The notes under the pieces are model-generated. The model had not been told where the DNA came from and made no database searches. It saw nothing but the letters and a program-made list of their open reading frames with translations. Positions 1 through 13,449 of a stretch of DNA of 64,000 bases are shown piece by piece. This DNA is from Octopus vulgaris (taxonomy: Eukaryota). Location: positions 15,872,001-15,936,000 of the forward strand of contig OX597838.1 of NCBI GenBank assembly GCA_951406725.2, written 5' to 3'. A program made the translations under genes and the position numbers. How positions within the stretch are numbered: the first letter of the stretch is position 1; each line of letters starts with the position of its first letter.

Positions 1-762
1 CTAAAATGGTTAAAAACAGACGACAAAAATGAATGAAAAAAATACAGACATACGCACCAGTAAACTGGAAAGGAATTGTATACAATTATTCTAGATCGTC
101 TGTCAAGCATCATTGAGATTGATCTCTTTGAAAATCCCGAGGAAAAATTTGGGCATGAGTCGGCAAAGTTAAAATTAATTCGCTTATTTTATTATTTATT
201 TATTTCTTCATTTATTTAAAATGGGGCAGGTTAGCAGGTAATCTGGAGCTTCTTTGAAAGACAGAGGACGCATCATTTTGATCCGTTCTTAAATGACTGA
301 CTTAGCAATGATTTTTACGAGTGGCAAACAGTTTACCCTATTTTGCAATAGGATAACTTGTAGTGCTGGCGCAAGCAACTCTTGTAGAAGTGCTCTGTAA
401 GCTCTATGAGGCTTCTGTGTTTTTTTTTAATTTGCTTGATGTGTTGTCAGTGGGAACATGAGTACGGTTTACAAATTTTCTCTTGGAATTTTCTCTTGAA
501 GGGGTTGAGGCAAACATCTATATTTTGACAATTGCATGGCGATAGTCGTACTCAGCGTTCTGTTGATTTCGACGATGAGTTTTCATTTTCTTTTTTCATC
601 AATTGAACTTGCGTTTTAAATAACGTTTCAGTGGATGAATATTCCACACATACGAAGTGGTATCAATAATTTCCCATACTAGTTATGTTTAAAAAAAAAA
701 AAAAATTGTTTACTTAAGTTTTGATATCACCTCCTTCGAAATACTCACCTTGCGCAACTATA

Positions 763-990
763 TACTTCTTTACTACCCACAAGGGGCTAAACACAGAGGG
801 GACAAACAAGGACAGATAAAGGGAATAAGTCGACTACATCGACCCCAGTGTGTAACTGGTACTTAATTTATCGACCCCGAAAGGACGAAAGGTAAAGTCG
901 ACCTCGGCGGAATTTGAACTCGGAACGTAACGACAGACGATTACGGCTACGCATTTCGCCTGGCGTGCTAACGTTTCTGCCAGCTCGCCG
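763..990 (-). mobile_element. tRNA-derived SINE family B inserted in the mariner, 15-bp TSD
   Basis: Head GGCGGCGAGCTGGCAGAA (A-box-like) and GAGTTCAAATTCC (B box), followed by a Meta-domain-like GTCGACTTTACCTTTCGTCCTTTCGGGGTCGATAAATTAAGTACCAG. TSD CCTTGCGCAACTATA at 748-762 and 991-1005. Confidence 0.92.
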
Positions 991-999
991 CCTTGCGCA

Positions 1000-1394
1000 A
1001 CTATAGACCGATCCTCGCGTTTCTGCCAGTTTGGGAATCCGGCCTGGAAGTCGTTTTCTGTAAGCGAATCGAGGACCTTTTGCGATTCGCTCTGGATCTC
1101 AACAACAGCGTTAAAACGGTGACCTTTGTGCTGAATTTTCATCATGAGGAAAAGATGGAAGTCCGCAGGTGCTAAATCTGGAGAATAGGGTGGGTGTGGA
1201 AACGATACCATGTTCGTTTGGGGGAGAGTGAGAAGAGTTCGGTGACAGGGTGCATTGTCGCCGTGAAAAATCCAATTCTTCGCGCTCCACAAATCCGGTC
1301 GCTTTTGCCGAATGTCTGCTCTCAAACACTTCAAAACGTCACAGTAGGACTCTATTGACGGTCTGGTCATGGGGAACAAATACTCGATGTACAA
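1000..1394 (-). pseudogene. Mariner transposase catalytic-domain fragment (non-functional)
   Basis: ORF 834..1394 contains DNAPCH and YSPDLAP motifs; its last part reads into the inserted SINE. Confidence 0.9.
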
Positions 1395-2289
1395 TACCGC
1401 AGATGCTGAAAAACCGATGAGTATACTCTTGTCTGATTTGTGGTTCTGTCATGCGCCCGTGCCACTCGAAACATTGCATGCGACTCATTGCTTGTCACCG
1501 TAAGTTTGTTGAAGCTTGCTCAATGTCTCTGTAGCAAGTTAGCCAAGTTTCACGCAAACTTTCACGTCGGCTCTTTGTTCCAACTTCCTGTCTATGCTAA
1601 AAATCGTAGATTACAGCATACACGGGATCACAAAAACAGATGTCCCTCGGCATACTGCCTCATGGAAGTCACTGCTAGCTCTCACTGCGGGCGCAACCGT
1701 ATGCTGCCACCAGTTGGCACGCTATAGAACTTGTCCGGGAACTTTTTGATACCACCTCGTATGTGTGCTCTTCCCATAATCCCCAGACAGAATCAGAATA
1801 ATAAAACCAGACCTTTCAACTAGAGATAAAATCCATCAAATGGGCTTCCTCTCATTCTCCGTCTCCCAAGTCTCTCTCATAAGGTTTGTGTCGACTCGAG
1901 TCTATCGTATAAGTCATTTGTTTAAGATATTGTGCAGTTCGATCGAACCCAGAGTCTCGTGCTTGTGAAGCGAACTTCTTAACCGTTCGGCCATGCTGTG
2001 ACCATAACGTATCTATGGTGGTAATTGTTGTCGAAAGGTATGCTACCATAAATCGGCACGAACTTTCCGGACAACCCAATATTTGTAATGAATGTTGTAA
2101 TTGTGGTGGTGATGGTTGTTGTTGTAGTGCTTTTTGTGACAGTGGATGTTGTGGTAACAGTTGGAATTGTGTTTGTTTTGGTAGAGGTTGTGGTAGTTAT
2201 TGTGAGGTGGTTGCAATGGTGTTTGTATTTCTTATAGACGTAGTAGCTGTGGTTGTAATGATATTCGTAGTGGTGATGTTGCTTAGTCT

Positions 2290-2302
2290 TCTAGTGGTAA
2301 TT

Positions 2303-2360
<58 letters not shown>

Positions 2361-3190
2361 TAGTGGTGGTGGTGGTGGTGGCTAATATCGTGTTAATGAT
2401 AGTGATAGTGATGATGGTGGTTGCTATGGTGTTGCTTGATGCGATAGAGGTGGGGGTAGTATTGTATTTGTTATGGCGATGATGATGGTGGAAGCGGAGG
2501 GCTTGAAGTGAAAGTTATGAACGGGATAATGTTGATGAAGGGGTAGTAGCGGCGATGGTGGTAGTGGTCGTTGAAATGGCGACCGTGATGATGATGATGA
2601 TGATGGTAGTGGTGGTGGTGGTGGTGGTAAAAATGACAGTGGTTGATGCGGTAGTGGTTGTAGTGGTGGTGGTAGTTACAGAGATTGCTATAGTGCTGTG
2701 ATAGTTGTGGCGGCGGCGGTGGTAGTGGTGGTTTTATTGTTGGTGGTAGTTGCAACGGTGGTATTGACGATGGTAAGGGACGTAGTGGTGGTGTTGGCAA
2801 CGGTGATGGTGGTCGTGGTGACAGTGATGATAATGGTGGCTGTAATTGTGATAGTAGGGCGGGTGGTGGTGGTGGTGGTGGTGGTGGTGGTGGTAGTGGT
2901 TGTGGTGGTGGTTGTGGTGGTGGTGGTGGTGGCGGCAGCGGCAGTGATATTGGCGATAGTGATGGAGACGGTTTTGGTGGTGGTGGTGGTGGTGTTCGTG
3001 GTCGTGGTAGCGGCGGCGGTGGTGGTGGTATTGGTGGTACTGGTGGTGGTGATAAGGTTAGTAGTGCTGATGATAGGAGAGCTGGCGGTGGTGGCGGCAG
3101 TGGTGGTGGCGGTAGTAGTGGTGGCGGCAGTGGTGGTGGCGGCAGTGGTGATGGCGGTACCGGTGGCGGCGGCGACAGTGGGGTGTTGGT
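2290..3190. repeat. Degenerate (GTA)n/(GGT)n/(GGC)n trinucleotide field
   Basis: Direct sequence; produces the poly-Pro and poly-Val ORFs. Confidence 0.9.
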
Positions 3191-3459
3191 GAAGTTTAAG
3201 CCTTTTAGCTGGATTAACGATATTATCTTTATATGAACGTTTTCATCTTCTCCTCCATCAACTGTATTAGGTTTCAAACGTAGATTTTTCTGCCGAATCA
3301 GCAAATTTGTGACCTTTTGGTTAATGAATATTGGTAGCAAATCTAGAGGGTGGAAAATTAGAAATAAATAAATAAATAAATGAATAAAAACAAATAAAAT
3401 TTTCATTATTGGCCACAAGGACTGAAAGAAAAAAACACATTTAGGGCAACACAGAGGCA

Positions 3460-3930
3460 AAGGACACGTGTAAATAAAGCAATAACATGAAAAATGAAAA
3501 CAACGAAATTTTGCAATAGGAGGGTACTAATCAGAGCCAACCAAGAAGCCCCATCGATCCTGGATCACTTCAACAGCTAACGGCATCACAGGGAGGGGCC
3601 CTTCTCCATTCCATTCTCTTTAGTCAGCAGGCAGAAGCTCAGAGAAAGCCTACCCATTTTCAACAGATTTTACTAAGGAGGTGTAGCTTACACTCCAATT
3701 GCATCTTCCTTTTCAAGTGAAATTTAAACAAGTCGATGGTGTCTTGAGCGAAGAGAGAAATGTCTTCTGTCTTCTTTAGTCCTTTCAGTCTCGTCCACGT
3801 GCGGCTCTTTCGTTACAGCCACCAGAAAAAAGCAAAACAATAAGTGTATCAGGTTTTGGTACAAGGAAAAATGAGAAGAAGGCAAACTAAGAAATGCAAT
3901 CCCGGCGAAAAAGTCACGTACATTCTGTCC
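3460..3930 (-). mobile_element. Decayed 3' part of an L1/Tx1-like LINE
   Basis: Minus strand gives LVAVTKE and, after a frameshift, KFHLKRKMQLECKL, resembling L1/Tx1 ORF2 C-termini, followed by a T-rich 3' region. Confidence 0.5.
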
Positions 3931-4035
3931 GTTAACTGAAGTTGGATGGTGGTATAAATGGAAAAGGAAATGGAAGGTGAAACGTATGTTTGTGCGTGTT
4001 AGTGAGTGCGTGAGAGACTGCATGTGTGTGTATAT

Positions 4036-4072
<37 letters not shown>

Positions 4073-4077
4073 CCTAG

Positions 4078-4121
<44 letters not shown>

Positions 4122-4879
4122 ACACACACATATATATATATATAGTACATGTACACTTTTGCACGAGCGTGTGGACTCAGAAATGTTTCTGTCTGTCAGG
4201 TTGTATTGTTTGCTTATGTATTGTGTGTGTGTGTATCTGTGTAAGTGTATTCATGTACCTGCTGACCGTTGAATGACCGGAAGTTAGACGGTGAGTAAAA
4301 TTGGTTGTTTTGGGGGTATACGAAGGGATACGAAGAGTTACATGTGTCTATTTACAAGTCAGTGTGTGAGTATAAACACATGTGAAAGGGGTGGGGGTGG
4401 GGTGAAAAGTACTTTTTCACACATTTCTCTGGTCAACTGTGTTGTGAGTTGTGTGAGTGGAATTGCATGTATCTGCCTCTGTGTGTGTGTTTGCATATGT
4501 GGAAATTTGTGCATTTGGGTATGTGTCTGCATGTGTGTGCGTGTATATGATACGAACATTGCTTTGTTGTGTGTAGTCATTGGCTGATTGTGTATGTATG
4601 TGTGTGTGTACGGGTGTGTGTGTGTACATGCGTGGGTGGGTGTGGCTGTGTGTGTGTGTGTGAGCAGATGCTCCACAGGCATGTGCATTAGTGGTGCAAT
4701 TATGCTGCGAAATGTATTATTGAGAGTGTGTGAAGATACAGCCACTTGCGCGTGTATGTGTGTGAGGGCGGGTGCATAGTGTGTGCACAGGGAAGATGAT
4801 TTTTCGGGACGTGTTAAGCTGTGTGAGTAGAGTTATGTGTATGTGACATGCGGAGGATAGTATATACCTGTGTTCTGTG

Positions 4880-5700
4880 TGCTTGTGAATCGGAGAAGGA
4901 GGGGAGGTAAAAGATAAAATGCTGTTCTCAGTGAAGCCTAGAGTTCACAGATGCAGTGTGCAGGACCAAGTCAAACACCGTAAGACGTTAAATTGAATGG
5001 TTTGCGGAGTAGAAAGGACAAGAGACCGAGGTTTGGTTTACCAACCGGGTATTTGAAATCTGTTCTGTGAACCGGTCATCTAAAAGGATGCTGGTTTATT
5101 CGATATACAAGACATTGGAGAGAAGCAATTAGATTAGGCAATAGATGAGACCAGTGGATGTGCGGGTGAATTAATCAGAAATATGGACAGTGCGGTGGTT
5201 GGGTCCGTGGATGGAGGTGATGTTGATGAGAAACAGGCATATATTGCAACGGAGCTAAGGACAAGGGAAGGATACAGGAAAGACATGAGAATGGGACAAA
5301 AGGATGAGTGAGTTGTTGGTAAGGTCGGGCAGAAGATAGGAAGGATAGTAATATTTTACAATAGACGTAGAGCGAAGGGGTAGAAAATGAAAGGAAAGGG
5401 GATGCGTTTGAGTGAGAGACGGGCGCAGGGCTGAGAGTAGAAGTGCGGTCGATACAGGTAGGTTCGATCAATAGCGGTTTGCCCTAGAGTGGGGGATATC
5501 TGTATCGAATGAGAAGATGGACCGTGTGCTAAGGAATTATCAGTAAAGGATGGGCCATTTGATGTGGATGAGTTTGAAGAAGATCTGGTGGGAGTGGGAG
5601 TCAATGGGTTTAATAAGACAGTAGGGTAAAAGACAGGGGGGTAGAGAATGTGTTGGAGGTGTTTAATGGAGCCATGTTTGAGATGCCCGAAGGGAATTCG
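4880..5700 (-). mobile_element. Penelope-like retroelement remnant (GIY-YIG endonuclease region)
   Basis: Minus strand near 5020-5165 reads TSTGLIYCLI*LLLSNVLYIE*TSILLDDRFTEQISNTRL, matching the PLE pattern LIYC...LYIGET...L.DRF.EH. Confidence 0.75.
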
Positions 5701-5829
5701 TGGATGGTACGTATGTATGTATACATATGTGCATGTATGCATGCATATGTCTGTGTTTTTGTCTGTTTCCGGGCTTACATTGCAACAAAAGAAAACTATA
5801 ACATGGGTACCAGACTATTAAAAATTAAA

Positions 5830-6120
5830 CGCCGCGGGAGATCTCTTTCGTTCTTAGAACATCTTTTTGGTTCGGGATATCAAAAGAAATTGACCAAAAG
5901 TTTGGAAAGAGGTATTTTGCAAGCTCAGGTTTAACCATTGGTGCAATTACATTAAAGATTACTGCTTCACTTTTCGTCTGTGTAAGACAAAACTTCGGCT
6001 CTAACACATTTGCAGTCAAATTTGAGAAACAGTAAAATATTTCGAGACTGAAATCATTAAAAAGTGAACGAAAACCAAAAGTAACGTCCTTAACGCAACG
6101 ACAAGATCCAATTTAGTCAT
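5830..6120 (-). mobile_element. hAT-like transposase fragment
   Basis: KFCLTQTKSEAVIFNVIAP...FWSISFDIPNQKD resembles hAT-type KFSCARTKSEA..NVLAP...SISTDASNHK around the first catalytic Asp. Confidence 0.6.
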
Positions 6121-6589
6121 AATATTGCGATTATAAATTGTCTTTAATATATTTCTATCATTAATACCAGATCAACGACTGAAAGCCTCTCAGCACAGGG
6201 GGTGGGGAATTAAGCCCTGGCGGTCGATTTTTCAACTAAAATCTTTCAAGGCGATGCACGATGAAGGCCGTAAGTTCACTGACTGAAACAAAGGTAAAAG
6301 ACAAACGGACCAAAATTAGAGATTCGGAAATGTGCATAAACTATGGGAAGCGCCAACTGAAACGGCGAACGTGGGCACCCTGACTTTAGAATGAAACAAG
6401 GTTGGAAAGATCATAGAGTTCTCTCTTCAAGCCTCGAAAAAGTTCCATTCAGAAGGCGATAGTTGAAGACTAATGTCTAGTTTCGATTCCTTGAGCTTTA
6501 GTGGTCCAGCCAGAGTTAAAAATCATAAGAAAGAAAAAGTTTATCATTTAAATATATATGAACTTGTCTCGATATGCAACTATAAGCAT

Positions 6590-7146
6590 GATAATACATA
6601 CATAAAACAAAACATACAAATCTGCACATATACATACATACATACATACATACATACATACATACATACGTACATACATACATACGTACATACATACATA
6701 CACACATACATATATACATTCATCTGTGCCTACATTCATACATACATTCGTATGTACACACATACATATATACATACATACATACATACATACGTACATG
6801 CATACATACATACATACGTACATATACATATACATATACACATACATGCATACATACATACATACATACATACATACATACATACATACATACATACATG
6901 TTGGTATGCATGTATGGCGTGAGCATTTGTGTGAATGCTTGTTCGTGTGTGTGTGTGTGTCTGAGTGTGCGTATGTGTGCGTGTGTGCATGTGTGCGTAT
7001 ATGTGCATGTGTGTGCATGTGTGCATGTGTGTGTGCGTGTGTGTGCGTGTGTGCGTGTGTGTGCATGTTTGCGTGTGTGTGCATGTGTGCGTGTGTGTGC
7101 ATGTGTGCGTGTGTGTGCGTGTGTGTGTGTGTGCATGTGTGCGTGT
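6590..7146. repeat. (TACA)n followed by degenerate (TG)n/(TGCG)n microsatellite
   Basis: Direct sequence. Confidence 0.95.
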
Positions 7147-7992
7147 GGGGAGGGGCAGTGCACGGGGGGGGGTGAGAGTATGAGAATGCAAAGGTATGAG
7201 ACGAGGACTAATGATGGCTTGACGAATCTGAGGTAAAAAAAAAATCGTAAAATGAATAAAAAGCAATGCGCTGAAAGATAGGTGGTGGTGGTGGTGGTGG
7301 TGGTGGGAGTTGACTAAAGAAAGAAGGAGAAGACAAACGGAAAAGCTGGAGGAGAAAGATAAGAGAGAGAGAGGGAGAGAGGGAGGAGAAGAATATCGAG
7401 AGGGAGAGGGGGAGAGGAGTATATTAAATGTATATTAGTGAAAATGATTTCTTTTTTACGTTTGCTTATGTATTTGTCTCCGGTGCTGTGTGTATGGGTG
7501 TGTGGGTGGATGAGTGTGAGGTGATGGTGGTGGTGGTTGTGGTGGTGGTGTGGTGGTGGTGGTGGTGGTGGTTGGGTGTATGGGAGGCTGTATTCTCTGA
7601 GTTCATCGAGTGCTGTTGAGACTTCACTCAATTACAATTAAAAGGTTCACGGAGATGCTCGCCTCCCCCCCCCCCCCTAGCCTACCACTGCCGCCGCCGC
7701 CGCCGCCGCCGTCTCCTTCATCGCCATCATTCCAATGCCATACACCACAACTGTTGCCTTACGCCTCAGCATCTCTATCCGCTCCCCCATCCCCCACCCC
7801 ACCCCCACCGCCTATATGGTGTGGAGAAAAGGCAAAAAAAAATACATGTATATATCACAAAAACAAACAAACAAACAAAAAAACGTTCAGGATAGAAGTG
7901 GCGGCGGCGGCAGCGGCGGTGGCAGTGGTGGTTAAGGCGACGTTGACGGTATGCGGAAAGTGGATTCTCAGTGTCTATGATTCGATGTGTAT

Positions 7993-8083
<91 letters not shown>

Positions 8084-8097
8084 CACACACACATACA

Positions 8098-8145
<48 letters not shown>

Positions 8146-8465
8146 CGCACAGACACACACACACACACGCATGAATACACACACACATACACACATGCAT
8201 TTGTATGTCTGCATGCAAGAATGAATGTACGAATGCGCATATATGTATATATATACATGTGCGTGTGCATGTAGGTATGTTATATCTGCATGTATATGTG
8301 TGTATATCTATCTATCTATCCATCTATCTAACTACATATATATGTATGCATGCATGTGTATATATATATGCATACATATATATATATATATCCTCTATTT
8401 ACATAATATTGAGGTCTCTTTCTTTCTTTTGTTATCTTACCGTTTTACCAATATATATATATATA

Positions 8466-8668
8466 TGGTTAATCCAAACAAGAAAGCACAAAAAAAACAC
8501 AACAATGCGAGGACGTGAAACAAGTATAGTATTATTGGACGCTCAGGAAAGAAGGAAAGAAGGAGGGTTTAACGTTTCGAGCGGAGCTCTTCGTCGGAAA
8601 GATAGGAGAAGGAAAGATCCAGAGGGGAAGACAGATAAAAAAAATCGCCAACGGTACACATGAGGTCA
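8466..8668 (-). mobile_element. Short Penelope-pLTR-like module with minimal hammerhead-like motif, in TA-rich tract
   Basis: Minus strand 8566-8603: UUU-CCGACGA-A-GAGC-UCC-GCUC-GAAA-CG-UU/AAA. Related modules at 55231-55385 and 62685-62826, and a partial one at 18445-18522. Confidence 0.6.
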
Positions 8669-8797
8669 CATTATATACACATATATATACATATACATGC
8701 ATTCATACATGCATACATATATATACATATGTATGCATCTATATGTATGTATGCATACATATATAATATATATATATAGATAGATATATATATATAC

Positions 8798-8919
<122 letters not shown>

Positions 8920-9352
8920 TACATATACATATATAATATACATACACACACACACAAATATATATATATAACTCAGATAAGTGTTGTGCAGAATGACATG
9001 CGCAAGAAATTCTTTAAAAGTTTTTTTTTTTTTATCAGTTGGACAAAGGAGATTAAAAGAAGAATCGGGTATTAATCGTTGCGGTCTTACTAACAGATGG
9101 GAAAGATAGGCTCTCAATAAATTTTAAGATTAATTTTAAAAAACATTTATTCGCATGCGCAATGGAAGATTTTATGTTTGGAAGCTAAGATTGTGACAGC
9201 AAGGAAAATAATTCACTACCTTAATTGGAATTGTTTTTCCAACTAATTCATTAAGAATTGTCTTACGTCATTCGGTATAGCAACATCTATTTGATTTATT
9301 GTATTCCATGTAATTGGAATTTTTGAGTTATTCTCTTACTCAGTATCTATCT

Positions 9353-9660
9353 TGTGTGGTAAGAAGTTTGCTTCCTAACCACATGGTGCCGGGTTCAGTT
9401 CCACTGCGTGGCACTCTGTGCAAGTGTTTTCTACTATAGCCTCGTGTCGACCAAGCTTTGTGAGTGAATTTGGTATATATGTGTGTGTGTATGTTTGTAT
9501 TTGCAGGTATGTGTGTCTTTGTGTCTGTGTTTGTCCCCCACCATCGCCTGGCACTGGTGTTGGTGTGTTTACGTTTCCGTAACGTAGCAGTTCGGCTAAA
9601 GAGACCGTCAGAATAAGTATTAAAATTTACAAAAAATAATAAGTACTGTTGTCGGTTCGT
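9353..9660 (+). mobile_element. SINE family A, diverged copy
   Basis: TGTGTGGTAAGAAG...GGTTCAGTTCCACTGCGTGGCAC head and family body. Confidence 0.85.
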
Positions 9661-9665
9661 TTATC

Positions 9666-9791
9666 AAAACACATTTTGATAAAAATATTGATATCAGAAT
9701 TCGAATTTATAAGTATTTTCAAGACAGTGTAATCTTTAATAATTGCCTTCTTTTAGTAAAAGTTACATACTCATAACCAATAAATGATCAG

Positions 9792-9872
<81 letters not shown>

Positions 9873-10067
9873 ATAGATTTAGATAGCCACTGAGCTAAAG
9901 GAAACATATGTGTGTGTACATACTATAATAATAAAAAAGCTGATCATTTATTGGTTATGAGTATGTAACTTTTACAAAAAAAGAAGGCAATTATTAAAGA
10001 TTACACTGTCTTGAAAATACTTATAAATTCGAATTCTGATATCAATATTTTTATCAAAATGTGTTTT
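9666..10067. repeat. Long inverted repeat (arms ~130 bp: 9666-9796 and ~9935-10067)
   Basis: AAAACACATTTTGATAAAAATATTG...GATCAGCTTTT versus AAAAGCTGATC...CAATATTTTTATCAAAATGTGTTTT; spacer contains (TA)n. Confidence 0.93.
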
Positions 10068-11387
10068 TTAAGTTCTTTTACTGTTCTCACTTTGAAATTA
10101 TGTTGATTTCAGGATCTTTTCATATATGATGAGTATTATCGAAGAAATAGACAACTGAATAAGAAAAATGGTTTTCCTATACTTACATCAATTGTACCAA
10201 ATATAAATTTCTCTAATTTTCTTGCAACTAAAGTATTTTATTGTTGTGCTCGATGTTTTAAAAAATAACCATTGTAGGTAATTGTTTACAATACACCATA
10301 AAGACTATAACAGAAAATTTGTTATGTATTTCCCTTTATTTATTCTTTTGCAGGGACCTCCACTATTCGTATGACCGTAGATCACATGATAAACGGGAAT
10401 TTTTAAAAAATAATTTCCTATCTCTGTAATTGTATGTATAAATAGGTTATTAATACTAAATGTACTAGTATAAATATATCGATGAAAACGTAATGTAGAG
10501 GAAACCAGTGACAGAATCACGTGTTCGAACCAGCTGTAGGTTTTTCGATAATATTACTTTTCAGTACACACTAGGTGTGCAATCCAGTACACTGTCATGC
10601 ATAGGTACGATTTTTTGATATGTATATATGCAATAAAATGAAGATTTTACATGGCTATGTCGACATGATACCTGATTTCTTCATGAGTTCTAATGTTATC
10701 TTTGAATACTTGGTAGTATTCTATATTCTTAATATATGCCTGACAGAATGAGAAAGAAAAATAATTTAAATGAGGAAAGAAGTCAGATTGATATTACACT
10801 TGTTTCCGTAAATGGACGATATTCTTATTCCATGTATCATACAATGTTATGTAATACATGCCGTAATATATGGAAATATGTAATAATAATAACTCTATCA
10901 TCCATTCCCTTCTTCAGATGACATGATTTGAAGGCATGACCGACCAAATGAATGGGATGAATTCATTCCTGCGTGTTACAATATGTAAATAGACAAAACA
11001 TTTGATAATCTCCGGTAAGTTTTGAGACAATTAATAAAAAAAAGGATGGGTGTAGATCAAAATATATATTCTGTATGTATGTATGTATGTATGTATGTAG
11101 GTATGAATTGAATATTTGCATATTTGTTCTTAGCACGACTTGACAAGTTGAGACAATAGTGTAATAAATAAAATATATGCATACATACAAACATATATGT
11201 ACGTACCGACATCTACATGTATATATACATGCATATATAAATATATATACGTACAGGATACCACAAAAAGACGTAAAACTCAACAGAAATAAAAACGGAA
11301 AAGCCATTTTGTTACAACAGAAAGACAGAGACGTGGAACAGGACGAGAACGAAAACGGGAAAAACATTATTTACAATATATATATAC

Positions 11388-11436
<49 letters not shown>

Positions 11437-11455
11437 CATACATATACATATATAC

Positions 11456-11518
<63 letters not shown>

Positions 11519-11714
11519 CATATTACGTATATATATATACATATGCATATATATATACACATGCATATATATATATATACATATGCATATACATATATAT
11601 ATATATATATACATACATATATATATATATACATATATATACATACATATACATATATGTATATGTATGTATATATATATATTTGTGTGTGTGTGCGTGT
11701 GTGTATGTAGGTAT

Positions 11715-11935
11715 GTCTATGTGTGTGTGCCATTGTGTCTTTGTCCTCTTCTACTGCTTGACCAGTGCTGTTGATGTGTTTACGTTCCTCTAACTTAGCG
11801 GTTCGGCCAAATATACCGATAGAATAAGTACCACGCTTTAAAAATAAATGAACAATGTGGCCTATTCACTCGACTAAAATCTGAAGCTGCTGCCGAGGTA
11901 TGGCCGTAATCTAATGACTGGAAACAAGAAAAATA
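11715..11935 (+). mobile_element. SINE family A, diverged 3' half
   Basis: AACTTAGCGGTTCGG...CCGATAGAATAAGTAC...ATGACTGGAAACAAG. Confidence 0.8.
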
Positions 11936-12021
11936 TAAAAATAAAAATAAAAAATACTTGTCTCTCTACAATATATTATGTCTTCGATGTCGTTCCATAA
12001 TTAAGCCGTAGCAGGATAATG

Positions 12022-12250
12022 TATTTCTTTACTGCCCACAGGGAGCTAAACACAGAAGGGACAAACAAGGACAGACAAAGGGATTAAGTCGATTACATCG
12101 ACTCCAGTGGGAAACTGGTACTTTATTTTAATCGACCCCGAAAGGATGAAAGGCAAAGTCGACCTCGGCGGAATTTGAACTCAGAACGTAACGACAGACG
12201 AAATACGGCTACGCATTTCGCCCGGCGTGCTAACGTTTCTGCCAGCTCGC
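12022..12250 (-). mobile_element. SINE family B, flanked by a ~63-bp direct duplication
   Basis: Near-identical to 763-990; flanks 11959-12021 and 12270-12334 are duplicates. Confidence 0.9.
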
Positions 12251-12605
12251 AAAAAAAAAAAAAAAAACGTGTCTATCTCTACAATATATTATGTCTTCGA
12301 CGTCGTTCCATAGTTAAGCCGTAGCAGAATAATGGAGATAATTTCTTGGTTCATAACATTAATTATGCGAGTGTCCACTTCAGTGCCTGTTATTAGAATC
12401 CCGATTAACAATATCTATTCAGTGTCAGTAAGAATATGGTCAAACATGTCACGACATCTGCCCTCTCCTTACTCCATCAATGACAGATAATAACCGCACT
12501 GAGTTCACCATGGGGGTAGCGCTATTACTTTACTGTAAATGAAGAGGAGATGGAGGTTAAGTGATGTGAAGGTAGAGGGTATGTATAGAGAGGTGGAGAG
12601 AGAGG

Positions 12606-12650
<45 letters not shown>

Positions 12651-12771
12651 TGTGTGGGGACGAGATCAAGATGATGATGATGATGACTGTGCGGCGGTAA
12701 TGACTATGCTGGGAGAGCAGGGATGGTCATAGCAACGGTAGGAATATGGGCAGGGGAAAGCTGAAACGTTT

Positions 12772-12774
<3 letters not shown>

Positions 12775-12868
<94 letters not shown>

Positions 12869-12911
12869 ACACACGCACGCACGCACACACACACACATAC
12901 ACACACATACA

Positions 12912-13007
<96 letters not shown>
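12775..13007. repeat. (CA)n microsatellite
   Basis: Direct sequence. Confidence 0.97.
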
Positions 13008-13008
<1 letters not shown>

Positions 13009-13017
13009 TATTGTATT

Positions 13018-13220
13018 CTTTTACTCTTTTGCTTATTTCCAGTCATTCGACTGCAGCCATGCTGGATCACCGCCTTGAAAGGTTTTATTCAAATAAATCG
13101 ACCCCAGCATGTATTTTTTAAGCCTAGTACTTATATACTTTCGGTCTCTTTTGCCGAACCACTAGGTTACGGGAAGGTAAACACACCAACACTGGTTGTC
13201 AAGCGGGGACACAGACACAT
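13018..13220 (-). mobile_element. SINE family A, 3' half
   Basis: CAGTCATTCGACTGCAGCCATGCTGG...TCGGTCTCTTTTGCCGAACC. Confidence 0.85.
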
Positions 13221-13251
13221 AGGCATACATAGATATATACATACACACACA

Positions 13252-13386
13252 TGGATCAAAATAGTTTGTTTCAAACTTCTTAGTACTCTGAGTTTCAAAT
13301 GTGATCCTAGTCTTCGGTCATCGAAGACTAGCATCACGCTTAAAACTCAGAGTACCAAGAAGTTTGAATCAAACTATCTTGATACA
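13252..13386. mobile_element. Palindromic MITE, copy 1
   Basis: TGGATCAAAATAGTTTG...CAAACTATCTTGATACA; almost the whole element folds back; homologous to 21351-21491. Confidence 0.8.
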
Positions 13387-13449
13387 TATGTGTGTGTATG
13401 TATATATCTGAGCGTCTTATTAATACTTTCCCGTTTATATATATATATA

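Larger units (their letters stand above)
653..1759 (-). mobile_element. Mariner-family DNA transposon relic, internally deleted, with both TIRs and TA target duplication
   Basis: Left TA+CGAAGTGGTATCAATAATTTCCC (from 651) matches the reverse complement of GGGAACTTTTTGATACCACCTCG+TA (ending 1761). The minus strand encodes mariner motifs QRANVKVCVKLG...CFEWH, HGDNAPCH, HPPYSPDLAPADFHLF and a C-terminal AQGEYFEG once the SINE is removed. Confidence 0.93.

Noticed and set aside
2015-3460. Long Pro-rich and Val-rich ORFs (up to 329 aa)
   Set aside because: Translations of GGT/GTA repeats open in several frames, with no domain or splice structure.
10110-10430. AG-preceded short open stretches (DLFIYDEYY..., DLHYSYDRR...)
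   Set aside because: Weak donors and no recognisable homology; cannot be supported as exons.
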